Shown: piece by piece, positions 1 through 9,595 of the stretch
How the letters are laid out: each line of letters begins with the position of its first letter
Position numbering within the stretch: the stretch's first letter is position 1
Assembly (NCBI GenBank): GCA_965369375.1
Contig: CBDUQN010000031.1
Coordinates: forward strand, 1 to 31,458
Length of the DNA stretch: 31,458 bases
Direction: 5' to 3'
From: an uncultured bacterium
GTDB lineage: Bacteria > Krumholzibacteriota > Krumholzibacteriia > Krumholzibacteriales > Krumholzibacteriaceae
Translations under genes and position numbers: made by a program
Notes under the pieces: model-generated
Seen by the model: the letters and a program-made list of their open reading frames with translations, nothing else
What the model was told of the DNA's origin: nothing
Databases searched by the model: none

Positions 1-2
1 AT

Positions 3-197
3 GTTACCCTTGACATTTATGATGTCAGGGGAAGCCGTATTGTCCGGCTCATCGACGCAGCGAGAGCGCGCGGCGACCACACGGTTGCCTGGAACGGCCT
101 CGATAGCTCGGGAAGCCCTGTATCCTCAGGGATTTACATCTACACGTTGAAAGCGGGCAAGACCGCGAAGGCAAAGAAGATGATCCTCCTGAGATAG
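3..197 (+). CDS. Last 64 codons (window-truncated 5' end) of a secreted protein ending in a T9SS C-terminal sorting domain (Por_Secre_tail / FlgD-Ig-like).
   Basis: Frame 3 is open from the window edge to TAG at 195-197. It translates to ...LDIYDVRGSRIVRLIDAARARGDHTVAWNGLDSSGSPVSSGIYIYTLKAGKTAKAKKMILLR. This carries the hallmark T9SS CTD pattern (D-x-x-G-R-x-V, HTV-W-G-D-x-G-x-x-V-SG-YIY-L-AG, K-x-ILL-R/K at the terminus). Confidence 0.7.
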   Translation, partial: VTLDIYDVRGSRIVRLIDAARARGDHTVAWNGLDSSGSPVSSGIYIYTLKAGKTAKAKKMILLR

Positions 198-306
198 TAC
201 GGACCGGGGAAGACCGAGAACGGGATCGCGGGCGTTCGAGATACATATTCAAGCTCTACAGAGGGCCGCGGGGACATGCATGTTGCTTCGCGGCCTTATT
301 TGCTTA

Positions 307-334
307 TTTACAGGGAAACAAATTAGTCTATAAT
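307..334 (+). promoter_or_regulatory. Sigma-70-like promoter candidate upstream of the first S9 peptidase gene: TTTACA, 16-nt spacer, TATAAT.
   Basis: TTTACA at 307-312, a 16-nt spacer, then a perfect TATAAT at 329-334. AGGAG sits about 9 nt before the ATG at 385. This is sequence match only; the organism's true promoter consensus is unknown. Confidence 0.35.
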
Positions 335-384
335 CACGGGAACAAATGGTCACCCTTCACCTGCATCCGAAAGGAGCATCCTGG

Positions 385-2505
385 ATGAAACGCTTCCCTC
401 GGTCCACAGCTTCACTACCTGCGCTCATTGTTCTCCTAGCCGTTCTCACATTATCACTTCCGAATGATGCTGCGGCGTCCGGAATCTTTACCCCTGAGGA
501 TGCGCTGAGCCTCAAATACAGCTATTCGACTGCCATAAGCCCGGATGGAATGTGGGTCGCATACACGGTCTCTGTGCCACGCACGGCGGACGAAGATGCG
601 GGCTCCGGGTACAGCGAACTCTACCTCGTCTCGACAAAGACGGGAGAAACACGTCCCTTTATCACGGGAAAGGTCAATGTCAGCTCTCCCCGTTTCAGCC
701 CCGACGGCAAGCGGATCGCCTTCCTTACCCGGCGCGGGAAAAAGACCGAGAATCAGGTCTGGATGATCCCGGTCGACGGCGGCGAGGCGATCAAGGTGAC
801 GAGCGCAAAATCGAGCGTGTCCTCCTTCCGCTGGCATCCGGGAGGAGAAAAAATAGCCTATGTTGCAACGACGCCACAGTGCAGCCGGGAAAAAGAACTC
901 GATGAAAAGGGCTATGGATTCGTTTTTTACGAAGAGAATCTCAAACACAGAAATCTCTACATGATCGGGGTCGGAGAGGACGGCGGCGCCGGAGAGGCCG
1001 AGCTGCTCATCGAGGAAATTAGCGTCTGGAACTTTGAATTCAGCCCCGACGGCAAAACGATAGCAGCGGCGGTCTCGAAGAAAAACCTGATCGATCATAA
1101 CTATATGTTCAAGAAAATTCACCTGCTCGATATCACAACGAAAGAGCTCACCCAGCTCACGGACAATCCGGGAAAGCTCGGAAGTTACGCCTTCAGCCCT
1201 GACGGTAAGAAGATCGTCTACACCGCCGCGCTCGAGCGGAAAGACCATGCGGTGAGCCAGGTGTACGTGATCGATGTTTCCGGCGGTGAGCCGCTGAACC
1301 TGACGGAGCCCGGTTTCAAGGGCCACGTAGGCTGGGCCCGCTGGAAGGACAAGAAGAATGTTATTTACATCGGTGAAGAGGGAGCGTGGAATACGCTGAA
1401 TATCGTCAAAGCGAGCGGCGGCAAGCGTAAGATGATCCTGCATTCGAAGGATACCGGCGTTGTCTTTTTCTCGCCCGGTTTTGCCAAGGATCGCAAGCAT
1501 TTCGTTTTCATCTGCTCATCTCCCGAAGTTCCACGGGATGTCTACTACTGGCAGTACGGAAAGAAAACCCTGAAGCGACTCACAACGCTGAATCCGTGGA
1601 TCGCCGAGCGCACGCTAGGGAAACAGGAAGTGATCCGATACAAGGCGCGTGACGGCCTCGAGATCGAAGGAATCATCGTCTATCCCGTCGGCTACGAGGA
1701 AGGCGCGAAATATCCCCTGATCATGTGCGCCCACGGAGGACCGGAGTCCCACTATACGAACAGGTGGCTCACCGGTTACTTCAACTCCGCGCAAGTTTAC
1801 GCGGGAGAGGGATACGTCACCTTCTGCCCCAACTACCGTGCCAGCACCGGATACGGCGTCGAGTTCGCCCTCAGGGGGTACAAAGATGCGGCCGGTAAGG
1901 AGTTCGACGACATTGCGGACGGGATCGAATTCTTGATTTCGAAGGGAATCGCCGATCCGGATCGCATCGGCCTCGGTGGGGGCTCATACGGCGGATTCGC
2001 GGCGGCCTGGTTCGCATCTTACTACACAAAGTATGCTCAAGCGGTGTGCATGTTCGTCGGGATAAGCGATCTCATCAGCAAGCGCGGAACAACCGATATC
2101 CCATACGAGGAACTCTACGTGCATTCCGGAGAGCCCCTCGAACGGATGTGGGAACAGAATCTCAAACGAAGCCCGATCTATTGGGCTCACCAGAGCAAAA
2201 CAGCTGTTCTGATTCTCGGCGGCACCGCAGACCCGCGTGTGCACCCCTCACAGAGTCTCGAGTTCTACCGGCGCCTCAAGATGAACGATCACCCGGCCGT
2301 CAGGCTCGTCCAGTATCCCGGCGAGGGACACGGTAACAGGAAACAGCCCGGCAGGATCGATGTTTTGTACCGCCAGCTTCAGTGGTACAACTGGTACGTC
2401 CGGGACAAGAATCCACTCGGCGGCCCCATGCCGCCGTTCGATATCAGCGACCAATACGGACTCGAATTCGAAGAAGCGGAGAAAGAAGAAAAGAAAGACG
2501 AGTAA
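385..2505 (+). CDS. Secreted S9 family serine peptidase (prolyl oligopeptidase / acylaminoacyl-peptidase type). The N-terminal half is a TolB-like beta-propeller and the C-terminal half an alpha/beta hydrolase.
   Basis: MKRFPRSTASLPALIVLLAVLTLSLPNDAAASG reads as a signal peptide. Repeated SPDG(K/M)xIAF/VAY propeller blades follow. The nucleophile elbow is GLGGGSYGGF (GxSxG). The ATG at 385 has AGGAG about 9 nt upstream; the ORF track's alternative start is 346. Confidence 0.88.
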   Translation: MKRFPRSTASLPALIVLLAVLTLSLPNDAAASGIFTPEDALSLKYSYSTAISPDGMWVAYTVSVPRTADEDAGSGYSELYLVSTKTGETRPFITGKVNVSSPRFSPDGKRIAFLTRRGKKTENQVWMIPVDGGEAIKVTSAKSSVSSFRWHPGGEKIAYVATTPQCSREKELDEKGYGFVFYEENLKHRNLYMIGVGEDGGAGEAELLIEEISVWNFEFSPDGKTIAAAVSKKNLIDHNYMFKKIHLLDITTKELTQLTDNPGKLGSYAFSPDGKKIVYTAALERKDHAVSQVYVIDVSGGEPLNLTEPGFKGHVGWARWKDKKNVIYIGEEGAWNTLNIVKASGGKRKMILHSKDTGVVFFSPGFAKDRKHFVFICSSPEVPRDVYYWQYGKKTLKRLTTLNPWIAERTLGKQEVIRYKARDGLEIEGIIVYPVGYEEGAKYPLIMCAHGGPESHYTNRWLTGYFNSAQVYAGEGYVTFCPNYRASTGYGVEFALRGYKDAAGKEFDDIADGIEFLISKGIADPDRIGLGGGSYGGFAAAWFASYYTKYAQAVCMFVGISDLISKRGTTDIPYEELYVHSGEPLERMWEQNLKRSPIYWAHQSKTAVLILGGTADPRVHPSQSLEFYRRLKMNDHPAVRLVQYPGEGHGNRKQPGRIDVLYRQLQWYNWYVRDKNPLGGPMPPFDISDQYGLEFEEAEKEEKKDE

Positions 2506-2530
2506 TGAATCTCATTCGAAAGGAAGGTGC

Positions 2531-3772
2531 ATGATGAAAAAATCATCAGATACTATGTCGAGAAGATCCTTCCTTGGTCAAAGCGCTGCGTCCGTCATCG
2601 GCGCGGGGCTCGGTCTCGCCGGAACATCGAGCGTCCTCAAAGGTGGGCAGGCCGAGAGCGCACCGGGACAGGAGCCGGAGAAGTCAGGCGGGAAACCATA
2701 CATCAAGGAGTACCGGGAGCTCGGAAAGACCGGATACAAGGTTTCCGATATCTCCTTCGGTAACGGAAGGCTGCAGGATCCGGCCCAGCTCGAATACGCC
2801 ATCGAGCGCGGGATCAACTACGTCGACACCGCGCGCCAGTATTTCGATATGGAAGTCATCATCGGAAAGATCTTTCCCGCGAAGCGGGACAAGCTCTTCG
2901 TAACAACAAAACTCGAGCCGGAACTGGTAACGGCGACCGTTTCCGAAGCGGACCTGGCCAAGGGCATCGAGGAGAGCCTGCAGCGTCTCAATACCGATTA
3001 TATCGACTGCTGCCTCATACACTCGGTCGGCGATCCGAATCTCGGAGACCGGACACGCATCGAAAATCCGAATATCTACAGCGCGTTCGAAAAGGCGAAG
3101 AAGGCGGGGAAGATAAGGTTCTGGGGGGCAAGCTCACATGGCCCGAAGATGATCGAGGATTTCGACTGGCTCCTCGACAACACCGAAATCGACATGATCA
3201 TGCCGGGGATGAATCTCATGACAAAGGGGCTCGAACCGGTTCTGGCAAAGGCGAAAAAGAAAAGCGTTTCCATCGTCGCGATGAAGAGCCTCTCGGCCGC
3301 CCGCAAGATCGATTACTCGGATTATATGAAGGAGGGACGGACGGTCCGTCAGGCTGTAATCAAATGGATGCTCGCCCAGCCGAATATCGACACACTCTCG
3401 ATAACGATGGGGTCAATCGAGCAGATCGATGAGTACGTAGACATGTCGGGCAACTCCGGGCTCGGCCTCAACGAGAAGAAGATCCTCGAAAAATACGGAT
3501 CGCTCCTGGACCGTGACTATTGCAGACCCGGTTGCGACGGCTGCCTCGGCACCTGTCCGCACAACGTGCCTATACACGACATCCTGCGCTACCGGCTCTA
3601 CTTCAACAACTACGGACAAGAAAAGTACGCCATGAGCAAGTACGCACGTTTGCCGAAATCCCGGAATGCGACCATGTGCAGATCCTGCCCGGCACCGTGC
3701 GAAAGTCATTGCCCGTATAAACTGGCAATACGAACGAAACTCATCGACGCGCATTCGGAATTAACCGTTTGA
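2531..3772 (+). CDS. TAT-exported aldo/keto reductase family oxidoreductase with a C-terminal Cys-rich region resembling two 4Fe-4S binding motifs (COG1453-like).
   Basis: ATGATG at 2531 is preceded by GGAAGG. The N-terminus MMKKSSDTMSRRSFLGQSAASVIGAGLGLAG has a twin-arginine motif (SRRSFLG). An AKR core follows (GINYVDTARQY, CCLIHSV). The C-terminus carries CRPGCDGCLGTCP and CRSCPAPCESHCP. The gene lies 25 nt after the S9 peptidase stop. I rejected the upstream in-frame extension to 2360 because it overlaps the peptidase gene. Confidence 0.8.
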   Translation: MMKKSSDTMSRRSFLGQSAASVIGAGLGLAGTSSVLKGGQAESAPGQEPEKSGGKPYIKEYRELGKTGYKVSDISFGNGRLQDPAQLEYAIERGINYVDTARQYFDMEVIIGKIFPAKRDKLFVTTKLEPELVTATVSEADLAKGIEESLQRLNTDYIDCCLIHSVGDPNLGDRTRIENPNIYSAFEKAKKAGKIRFWGASSHGPKMIEDFDWLLDNTEIDMIMPGMNLMTKGLEPVLAKAKKKSVSIVAMKSLSAARKIDYSDYMKEGRTVRQAVIKWMLAQPNIDTLSITMGSIEQIDEYVDMSGNSGLGLNEKKILEKYGSLLDRDYCRPGCDGCLGTCPHNVPIHDILRYRLYFNNYGQEKYAMSKYARLPKSRNATMCRSCPAPCESHCPYKLAIRTKLIDAHSELTV

Positions 3773-3793
3773 TAGCCTGGGGAGGTTTTGAGA

Positions 3794-4591
3794 ATGAATC
3801 TCTTGAAGAGATATAAAAAGAACGGCGAGATAATCATTCCCATGCTCATCTGCGTCATATTCGTCCTTTCCGTATTACTGACCGGGTGTGCCAAGGAAGA
3901 AACCGATCCCGTCAAAGCGCTCGTTTCAAAATCAGTCAAGGCCCTCGGCGGTGCGAAGAGGGCTACGGCCTGGACAACGAGAACCGAAAAAGGTCTCTTT
4001 CAGACGACATGGCCGGGCTGGGGCGATTTGAACGCCGCATGTACACGATTGGTTAAAAAGCCGGACAAGCTAAAGATCGATCGCGACTTCAGCGCCTACG
4101 ACCACCCATTTTTCCAGACATACTTCTACAACGACGGCGAAGCATGGATGATCATCAATCTCAATACAAGGCAGTATCCCACCCTCGCTTCGAACCTGCA
4201 GGATTACCTCGAAAGCGTCGACGGTCTGCCATACTATTACACGGCATGTGACACATTCTTCCTGGAAACGACAATCCCCGACGACTCGCTCTTCGCCGGA
4301 TCAACGCTCGATCGGGTCGGTCTCATCCACGAGGGTGACACGATCTTCTACGATCTGGGTAAGCAGGACCACCTTCCCGCCAGGATCATCGAAAACGGCG
4401 GGAGCCGGCATACCATTCTCGAAGATTACCGGAAGGTGAGCGGCATGAAGGTGCCGTTCCATATCACCGTCTTTGAAAACGGGACAAAACAGGCCGAATA
4501 TACATGGGAAGAAATACAATTCAATAAAAAGATCGACGACAAGCTATTCGAGGAGGGACGTCCGGCGCCGCCGGACACCTCGTCGGGATAA
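3794..4591 (+). CDS. Lipoprotein of unknown function (lipobox LLTGC), possibly LolA-like in fold.
   Basis: GGAGG lies 8 nt upstream of the ATG at 3794. MNLLKRYKKNGEIIIPMLICVIFVLSVLLTGCAKEE is a signal peptide with Cys at the lipobox. The gene sits 21 nt after the AKR stop, consistent with the same operon. The LolA-like suggestion comes from my memory of that family, not from any search. Confidence 0.65.
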   Translation: MNLLKRYKKNGEIIIPMLICVIFVLSVLLTGCAKEETDPVKALVSKSVKALGGAKRATAWTTRTEKGLFQTTWPGWGDLNAACTRLVKKPDKLKIDRDFSAYDHPFFQTYFYNDGEAWMIINLNTRQYPTLASNLQDYLESVDGLPYYYTACDTFFLETTIPDDSLFAGSTLDRVGLIHEGDTIFYDLGKQDHLPARIIENGGSRHTILEDYRKVSGMKVPFHITVFENGTKQAEYTWEEIQFNKKIDDKLFEEGRPAPPDTSSG

Positions 4592-5573
4592 GCAGAGATC
4601 CAGCCATCAGTTGATGCGGTTCCGCCGGTCCTGATGTAAAATGGCGTGAGAGCCTCGGTACCCTGCAATCCCTTTTGCGATCCGGTCATCCTTTCGTCGA
4701 GTTCATCGAGAGACTGAATACGGAGCTCTCTCCCCGGACACGCAAGAAACTGATATCGAACCTTCTCGTGCGCGCGCGGCTCCTCAACAGAAAACATTGT
4801 GAAACGGCGAATAATGAATCATGCGTCGAGAAAAAGCACGTACCGATTGCGAAATGAGAAACCTGTCTTCCTCGTTGAGAAATGCAATTCCATTCGAATG
4901 GAATTCCCTGCGATGCTGTATGCTTCTCGATCGCTCCGAATTCTTCTTCAAAACTCTCGAGCTCCATCCTTCAAAATCGAACATTTCAGGCGAGGAGGAA
5001 AATCTCAAAGCGATGAAAGTCGACCTGACACATTACTCGAACGAGATGCGGGAAATCTACGATGAAGCGTGGGAACATGGGAACTGGCAATCACTTATCA
5101 GATCAATCTGGCGGGAAGTCGGCACCCGACCGTCCACGAGCTCCCTTTTGTCACGCTTCTTGCAAAAGTACCGGTGAAATCAGACAATAAATCCTTTGGT
5201 TGGCGCATTGTTTAATAAAAGACGGTTGGCAGTCCGGGATGAAACTCTGATCAGTTTCAACCCGAGGAATCGAGGATAATGACAGGGACTCTCAGTATTA
5301 AATTCAACAACGCAAGTCCAGACGGCGAGAAAGGAGCGTTGCACCATTGAAGCGCAGACCTAACTTGCATAAGAAGAAGAACAGTCGCTCAGCTTCACAA
5401 ACAAAAAGAAAAGTAAAATGCCGCGACGACAAATCCGATAGATGGTCAAAAAAATACGGACCGGTTCAAGCGTTGCTCGATGAAAAACATGATGATTACG
5501 GGAGGTAGATGCCGGCTACATTAGAAGGGAGAATACCCCGAAGATAAACCGCTCTGCTCCAGACATTCGACTA

Positions 5574-6695
5574 CTACTCCTGAAGCATGGTCATCATATT
5601 GATGACCTCCATCAGGTCACGTCTCGTGACGATTCCTACCAGACCCCCGTGCTCGTCGACTACCGGAATGCGCCCATGACCCTTCCTCATGATGAGTCGC
5701 AGCAGCGTCTCGGCCGGATCGGACGGATGCAGGGTGAACTCTCCTATTTTCCTGTCTATTACATCCCCGACCGTTGTCTCGCGCCATAGATCCCGTTCGA
5801 TCTGCTTGACATCCTTGAGTGATACCAATCCCGCCAATGCTCCGTTCTCGAGAACAGGAAACGAGCCGTAATGGTATTTCAAAAAGTAATCATCTACAAG
5901 GCTGCTCAGGGTCAAACTCGTATCAACGGTAATGACACCGGTGCGCATGATGTCTGCAACGCGCATGTGCCCAAGTGTCTCTTTGAAGGCGACCATGAGA
6001 TAGCCTGATTGAGCCGCCTGCCTCAAAAAGAAGCCGATGAACACGAGCCACAGGCCGTGAATCAGATTCCCATCAACGACAAAAACAAAGAGTCCGAGGA
6101 TCATGAGAAATGTCGCAAAGACGGTGCCGATCCGGCTGGAGATTTTCGTTGCCCGCCGCACATCGCCGGTTTTGTACCAGATCGCCGATCTCAGAATCCT
6201 GCCGCCATCGAGGGGAAATCCGGGTACGAGATTGAACAGAAGAACCATGACATTGATATAGGCGAGAAACCTGAAAATGACGGGGACAAACTCGACCTGC
6301 TCGAGCACGAGGGATAGGAGAAAAAACACCACGGCGAGCATGAGTGACATGAGCGGTCCGGCCGCAGCCATCTTGAACTCGAGGACGGGATCGTCCGACT
6401 CACGGTCCATCTGCGCGACACCACCGAACATGAAAAGGGTAATCTTCCTTATTGGAAGACCGCCTCTCGATGCAACCAGCGCATGGCTGAATTCGTGCAT
6501 CAGAATGGAGACGAAGAGCAGCATCGCCGTAATAAATCCGAGAATCCATCGCCCGGCCCCGAGCTCCGGGAATTCCAACGCATAGTAACCGTTGGCGAAT
6601 GTCCATGTGATCAGTGTCAGGACGAGAAGCCAGCTCACGTGCACCTCAACCGGTATACCCCATAAGCGGAACAATCGGATGCTCCTGCGAATCAT
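5574..6695 (-). CDS. Site-2 protease family (M50) zinc metallopeptidase with a C-terminal tandem CBS pair.
   Basis: HEFSHAL is an HExxH motif inside a polytopic membrane region. There are multiple TM segments. The C-terminal part (VADIMRTGVITV..., IPVVDEHGGLVGIVTRRDL) matches CBS motifs. GGAGA lies 4 nt upstream of the ATG at 6695. Confidence 0.85.
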   Translation of the reverse strand: MIRRSIRLFRLWGIPVEVHVSWLLVLTLITWTFANGYYALEFPELGAGRWILGFITAMLLFVSILMHEFSHALVASRGGLPIRKITLFMFGGVAQMDRESDDPVLEFKMAAAGPLMSLMLAVVFFLLSLVLEQVEFVPVIFRFLAYINVMVLLFNLVPGFPLDGGRILRSAIWYKTGDVRRATKISSRIGTVFATFLMILGLFVFVVDGNLIHGLWLVFIGFFLRQAAQSGYLMVAFKETLGHMRVADIMRTGVITVDTSLTLSSLVDDYFLKYHYGSFPVLENGALAGLVSLKDVKQIERDLWRETTVGDVIDRKIGEFTLHPSDPAETLLRLIMRKGHGRIPVVDEHGGLVGIVTRRDLMEVINMMTMLQE

Positions 6696-6731
6696 ATTGT
6701 CTCCTTTGCGGGGAATGCGGAACCGATAGGG

Positions 6732-7091
6732 CTAATCCGTGAATTCATTGATATAGCGGACGAATCGGTTCTTCCCGTCAACTTCGATAAAGAGCGGGTG
6801 AACGTTACCGGTCGACCAGGTGAATGCCATGATATCTACACAATCACCTTCATTGATGAGATGGGCGGCTGCACCGTTCATGCCTATCACACCGCTGCCG
6901 CGCTCGCCCTGAATAACGTACGTCTGCAGGCGCTTCCCGTTCGTACGATTGACAACAATGACACTCTCGTGCTCGCTCAGGTTGGCCTTGTCGATCAGAT
7001 CTTCATCGATCGTTATGCTTCCGACGTAGTTCAGATCCGCCTGCGTAACGGTGGACTTGAGGATCATCGATTTCAGTAGAAGCCGTTTCAT
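6732..7091 (-). CDS. panD: Aspartate 1-decarboxylase (pyruvoyl-dependent).
   Basis: MKRLLLKSMILKSTVTQADLNYVGSITIDEDL...GERGSGVIGMNGAAAHL matches the conserved PanD pattern, including the Gly-Ser self-cleavage site (VGSITID). GGAGTGA lies 5 nt upstream of the ATG at 7091. Confidence 0.92.
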   Translation of the reverse strand: MKRLLLKSMILKSTVTQADLNYVGSITIDEDLIDKANLSEHESVIVVNRTNGKRLQTYVIQGERGSGVIGMNGAAAHLINEGDCVDIMAFTWSTGNVHPLFIEVDGKNRFVRYINEFTD

Positions 7092-7191
7092 AAAACTCAC
7101 TCCTGTACAGCTATCATGCCTGATCGTCTCACAAGAAACAATATAACAAAAATCGAGAGTGAATGAAAGAAGCGACTAAGGGCCGGCCCGC

Positions 7192-8340
7192 TCATGCCCG
7201 AAGGCGCCTCTTCTCCTCAAAAAGCCTTGCATAGAGCTCTCCGGTGAGCTTCGCCGTCCGGTGGATGCTGAATTGCTCCTCGACGACCCGTTTGGCCGCC
7301 CTGCCGAGGCGCCTGCGAAACTCTATAGCGCCGAGAAGCTTCCCGATTGCCGATGCCAGGGCACCGGCATCCCCCGCCGGCACGAGCAGCCCGTTCTCGC
7401 CGTCGGTAATCGCATCCAATATCCCGCCGACCGCCGTCGCCGCGATCGCTGTACCCGATGCCATGGCCTCGAGGAGTGAAACGGGCAATCCCTCACGCAC
7501 GGATGAGAGAACAAACACATCCGCCGCCGCGAGAAGATCCGGTATATCCGTCCTCGCGCCGGCCAGTCTCACGTGTTCTTTCACATCCAGTGAATCGATC
7601 CGTCCGGCTATCTCACTGCGGTGATCCCCTTCTCCGACAATGAGACATCGCACATGCGCCGCTGATTTGCGGAGGCGAGCGATCGCTTCGACGAGGAGGG
7701 GATAGTTTTTCGCGGAAACGAGCCTCCCGACCGACACAACGAGGGGATCGGCCGGCGGCCAACTGAACTCCGCCATTACCGCCGCCCTCCCCTTTCCCGG
7801 TCCCTCGAACCGTGACGGATCAACGGCATTGGGGATATACTTCAGCTTTTGCCAGTGAGTTTTCTCGCGCCGCGCCCTGATCTCCATGATATCACGGCTG
7901 ACGCAGATCCTCGCGTCGGTTACGCGATCGAGCATGCGCTCGAACATCAAATGTGCGGTGTTCTTCCACAGATGCTTGCCGTGCTCTGTCGTCACGAGCA
8001 CCGGAATGCGCGCGAATCCGCCGGCAACACGACCGACCGTGTCGGCGAGGGGCAAATGGCAATGCAGGATATCGAACTTCCCGTTTCGAAGGAAACGCAC
8101 CAATCTCGCAAAGGACGCGGGCAGCGACCGCCAGCGAAATCCGACGCAACAGAACGACTCGACATGCCGCTTCGCTTCCTTCTCCATTTCATCATCAGCC
8201 GCAACAAGACAGCATATCGACACGCTGAAGCGTTCACGATCGAGATTATTAACCAGATAGAGGACCTGCATCTCCGCGCCGCCGATCGCGAGCTTCGGGA
8301 TCAGCATGCAGATCCGCAGCTTCCTGTCACTGCCTTCCAT
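7192..8340 (-). CDS. Glycosyltransferase, GT4 (group 1) family.
   Basis: The N-terminus IGGAEMQVLYLV is of the GT4 type. The C-terminal EX7E region is REGLPVSLLEAMASGTAIAAT, followed by GENGLLV. Confidence 0.85.
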   Translation of the reverse strand: MEGSDRKLRICMLIPKLAIGGAEMQVLYLVNNLDRERFSVSICCLVAADDEMEKEAKRHVESFCCVGFRWRSLPASFARLVRFLRNGKFDILHCHLPLADTVGRVAGGFARIPVLVTTEHGKHLWKNTAHLMFERMLDRVTDARICVSRDIMEIRARREKTHWQKLKYIPNAVDPSRFEGPGKGRAAVMAEFSWPPADPLVVSVGRLVSAKNYPLLVEAIARLRKSAAHVRCLIVGEGDHRSEIAGRIDSLDVKEHVRLAGARTDIPDLLAAADVFVLSSVREGLPVSLLEAMASGTAIAATAVGGILDAITDGENGLLVPAGDAGALASAIGKLLGAIEFRRRLGRAAKRVVEEQFSIHRTAKLTGELYARLFEEKRRLRA

Positions 8341-8631
8341 GCGGGTAACGCTCCATCAACTGCCATTTCCCCGATGCCGAGTAATGTTAAGCGGACATGC
8401 GATTTTCGGACACACAGAGATGTCGAATCATAATGTATTATCCCTCGTCTGACTAGTAACTTTCACATCTATCGAAAAACGGCTCGTTTGATCCCCCCGT
8501 TCCTCTCTACAACACGTATCACGAAATCCGGCGGGTCGTGCAGCAGTTGAAAGAAATAATCGACGGCGGCGAATATAACTCGTTTCCCCAAAACAGGAGA
8601 GCGATCCCCTAATTATACCTTGACTCCCCTC

Positions 8632-8964
8632 CTACCGCAGAACGAGCTGGTGGACAAAAGCGCCTGCAAGCCACGCCCCGAAACTCGCCACGAGAACATA
8701 CGAGAACGGCAGCTGCTTTTTGAGGCAGAAGAAAGCAACGGCGAAGAAGAGGATCGTCGGGGCAATCCCCCAGAGGGCGCCGAGCGAATATTCCCGCAGG
8801 AGTTTATGATCGGCGGGATTATCTGTGTATATCCACAGCAGGACAACGAGGCTGGTCAGCGGCATCGTCGCTATGAGACCGCCGAGGGTCGGATATCTCC
8901 GGCCGATCTGACTGGCGATGATAATGATTGCCAGACTCGCCGCCAGCTTCAAGATGAATTGCAT
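8632..8964 (-). CDS. Small polytopic membrane protein (about 110 aa, four predicted TM helices; reminiscent of DUF3147).
   Basis: MQFILKLAASLAIIIIASQIGRRYPTLGGLIATMPLTSLVVLLWIY... is strongly hydrophobic. GGAGG lies 5 nt upstream of the ATG at 8964. Confidence 0.6.
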   Translation of the reverse strand: MQFILKLAASLAIIIIASQIGRRYPTLGGLIATMPLTSLVVLLWIYTDNPADHKLLREYSLGALWGIAPTILFFAVAFFCLKKQLPFSYVLVASFGAWLAGAFVHQLVLR

Positions 8965-9042
8965 ACGTACCTCCCGGGACGACAATTCGTATCTATTCAG
9001 CGCAATTCAACATTGCTTTCGCAGAAGCGCGGAATTCCATCT

Positions 9043-9447
9043 TCAGTCCAGGCTTCGTTTCTCACCGGAGAGTGTTCGAATCTCCTCGATATCCTGCACG
9101 GAAGAAAAGCATCCGATATAGTTCCCGCCTGGATCCCTCAAGGCGAAATACTCGACGAGCAGTTTGCGCTTCACTGAAGCATCTCCCGTATCATCATCAA
9201 ACCAGAATCTGGCACTCTCCCGTTCCCCCGCTTTCATCTCGTCGAGCAGGCGCTCGAGCATGTCCATGCTCTTATGCGTATGGCAATCCCGTATATCGCT
9301 TCCGAGAATCTCGACGGATCTCGTGAACATTCTCTCGTCACCCTTGTTCCATGCGATGATCCGATCTTGCTCGTCTATTACGGTGAACTCCAGCGGAACT
9401 GCGTCCAGAAGCGCCGAGAGAATATGTTCCGGCAGTTTTCCCACCAT
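9043..9447 (-). CDS. Small cytoplasmic PAS-like domain protein (PAS_10 / DUF438-associated type).
   Basis: A 134-aa protein, ...PLEFTVIDEQDRIIAWNKGDERMF...RDCHTHKS..., resembles single-PAS sensor modules. GGGAGGT lies 8 nt upstream of the ATG. Confidence 0.5.
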   Translation of the reverse strand: MVGKLPEHILSALLDAVPLEFTVIDEQDRIIAWNKGDERMFTRSVEILGSDIRDCHTHKSMDMLERLLDEMKAGERESARFWFDDDTGDASVKRKLLVEYFALRDPGGNYIGCFSSVQDIEEIRTLSGEKRSLD

Positions 9448-9595
9448 CGGGTGTTACCTCCCCACTGTACAAAATCAATCCGCCGTCATCATGAAGGGCG
9501 GGCGGCTGCGCCTAAAATGCAACATGCTTCCCCCGGGAATACCGAATCCGGCATGCCCATTGAGGGAAGCACGTCGTCTCATCATTTCGCTATGC

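Noticed and set aside
49-252. A 67-aa - strand ORF at the window start.
   Set aside because: It overlaps the in-frame T9SS CTD coding tail on the + strand and has a Ser/Arg low-complexity translation.
454-1500. A 348-aa - strand ORF inside the first S9 peptidase gene.
   Set aside because: It is an antisense shadow ORF. The sense gene has a signal peptide, propeller repeats and the catalytic motif.
2360-2530. An upstream in-frame extension of the AKR ORF (MFCTASFSGTTG...).
   Set aside because: It overlaps the 3' end of the peptidase gene. The ATGATG at 2531 has an RBS and immediately encodes a twin-arginine signal peptide, so that is the real start.
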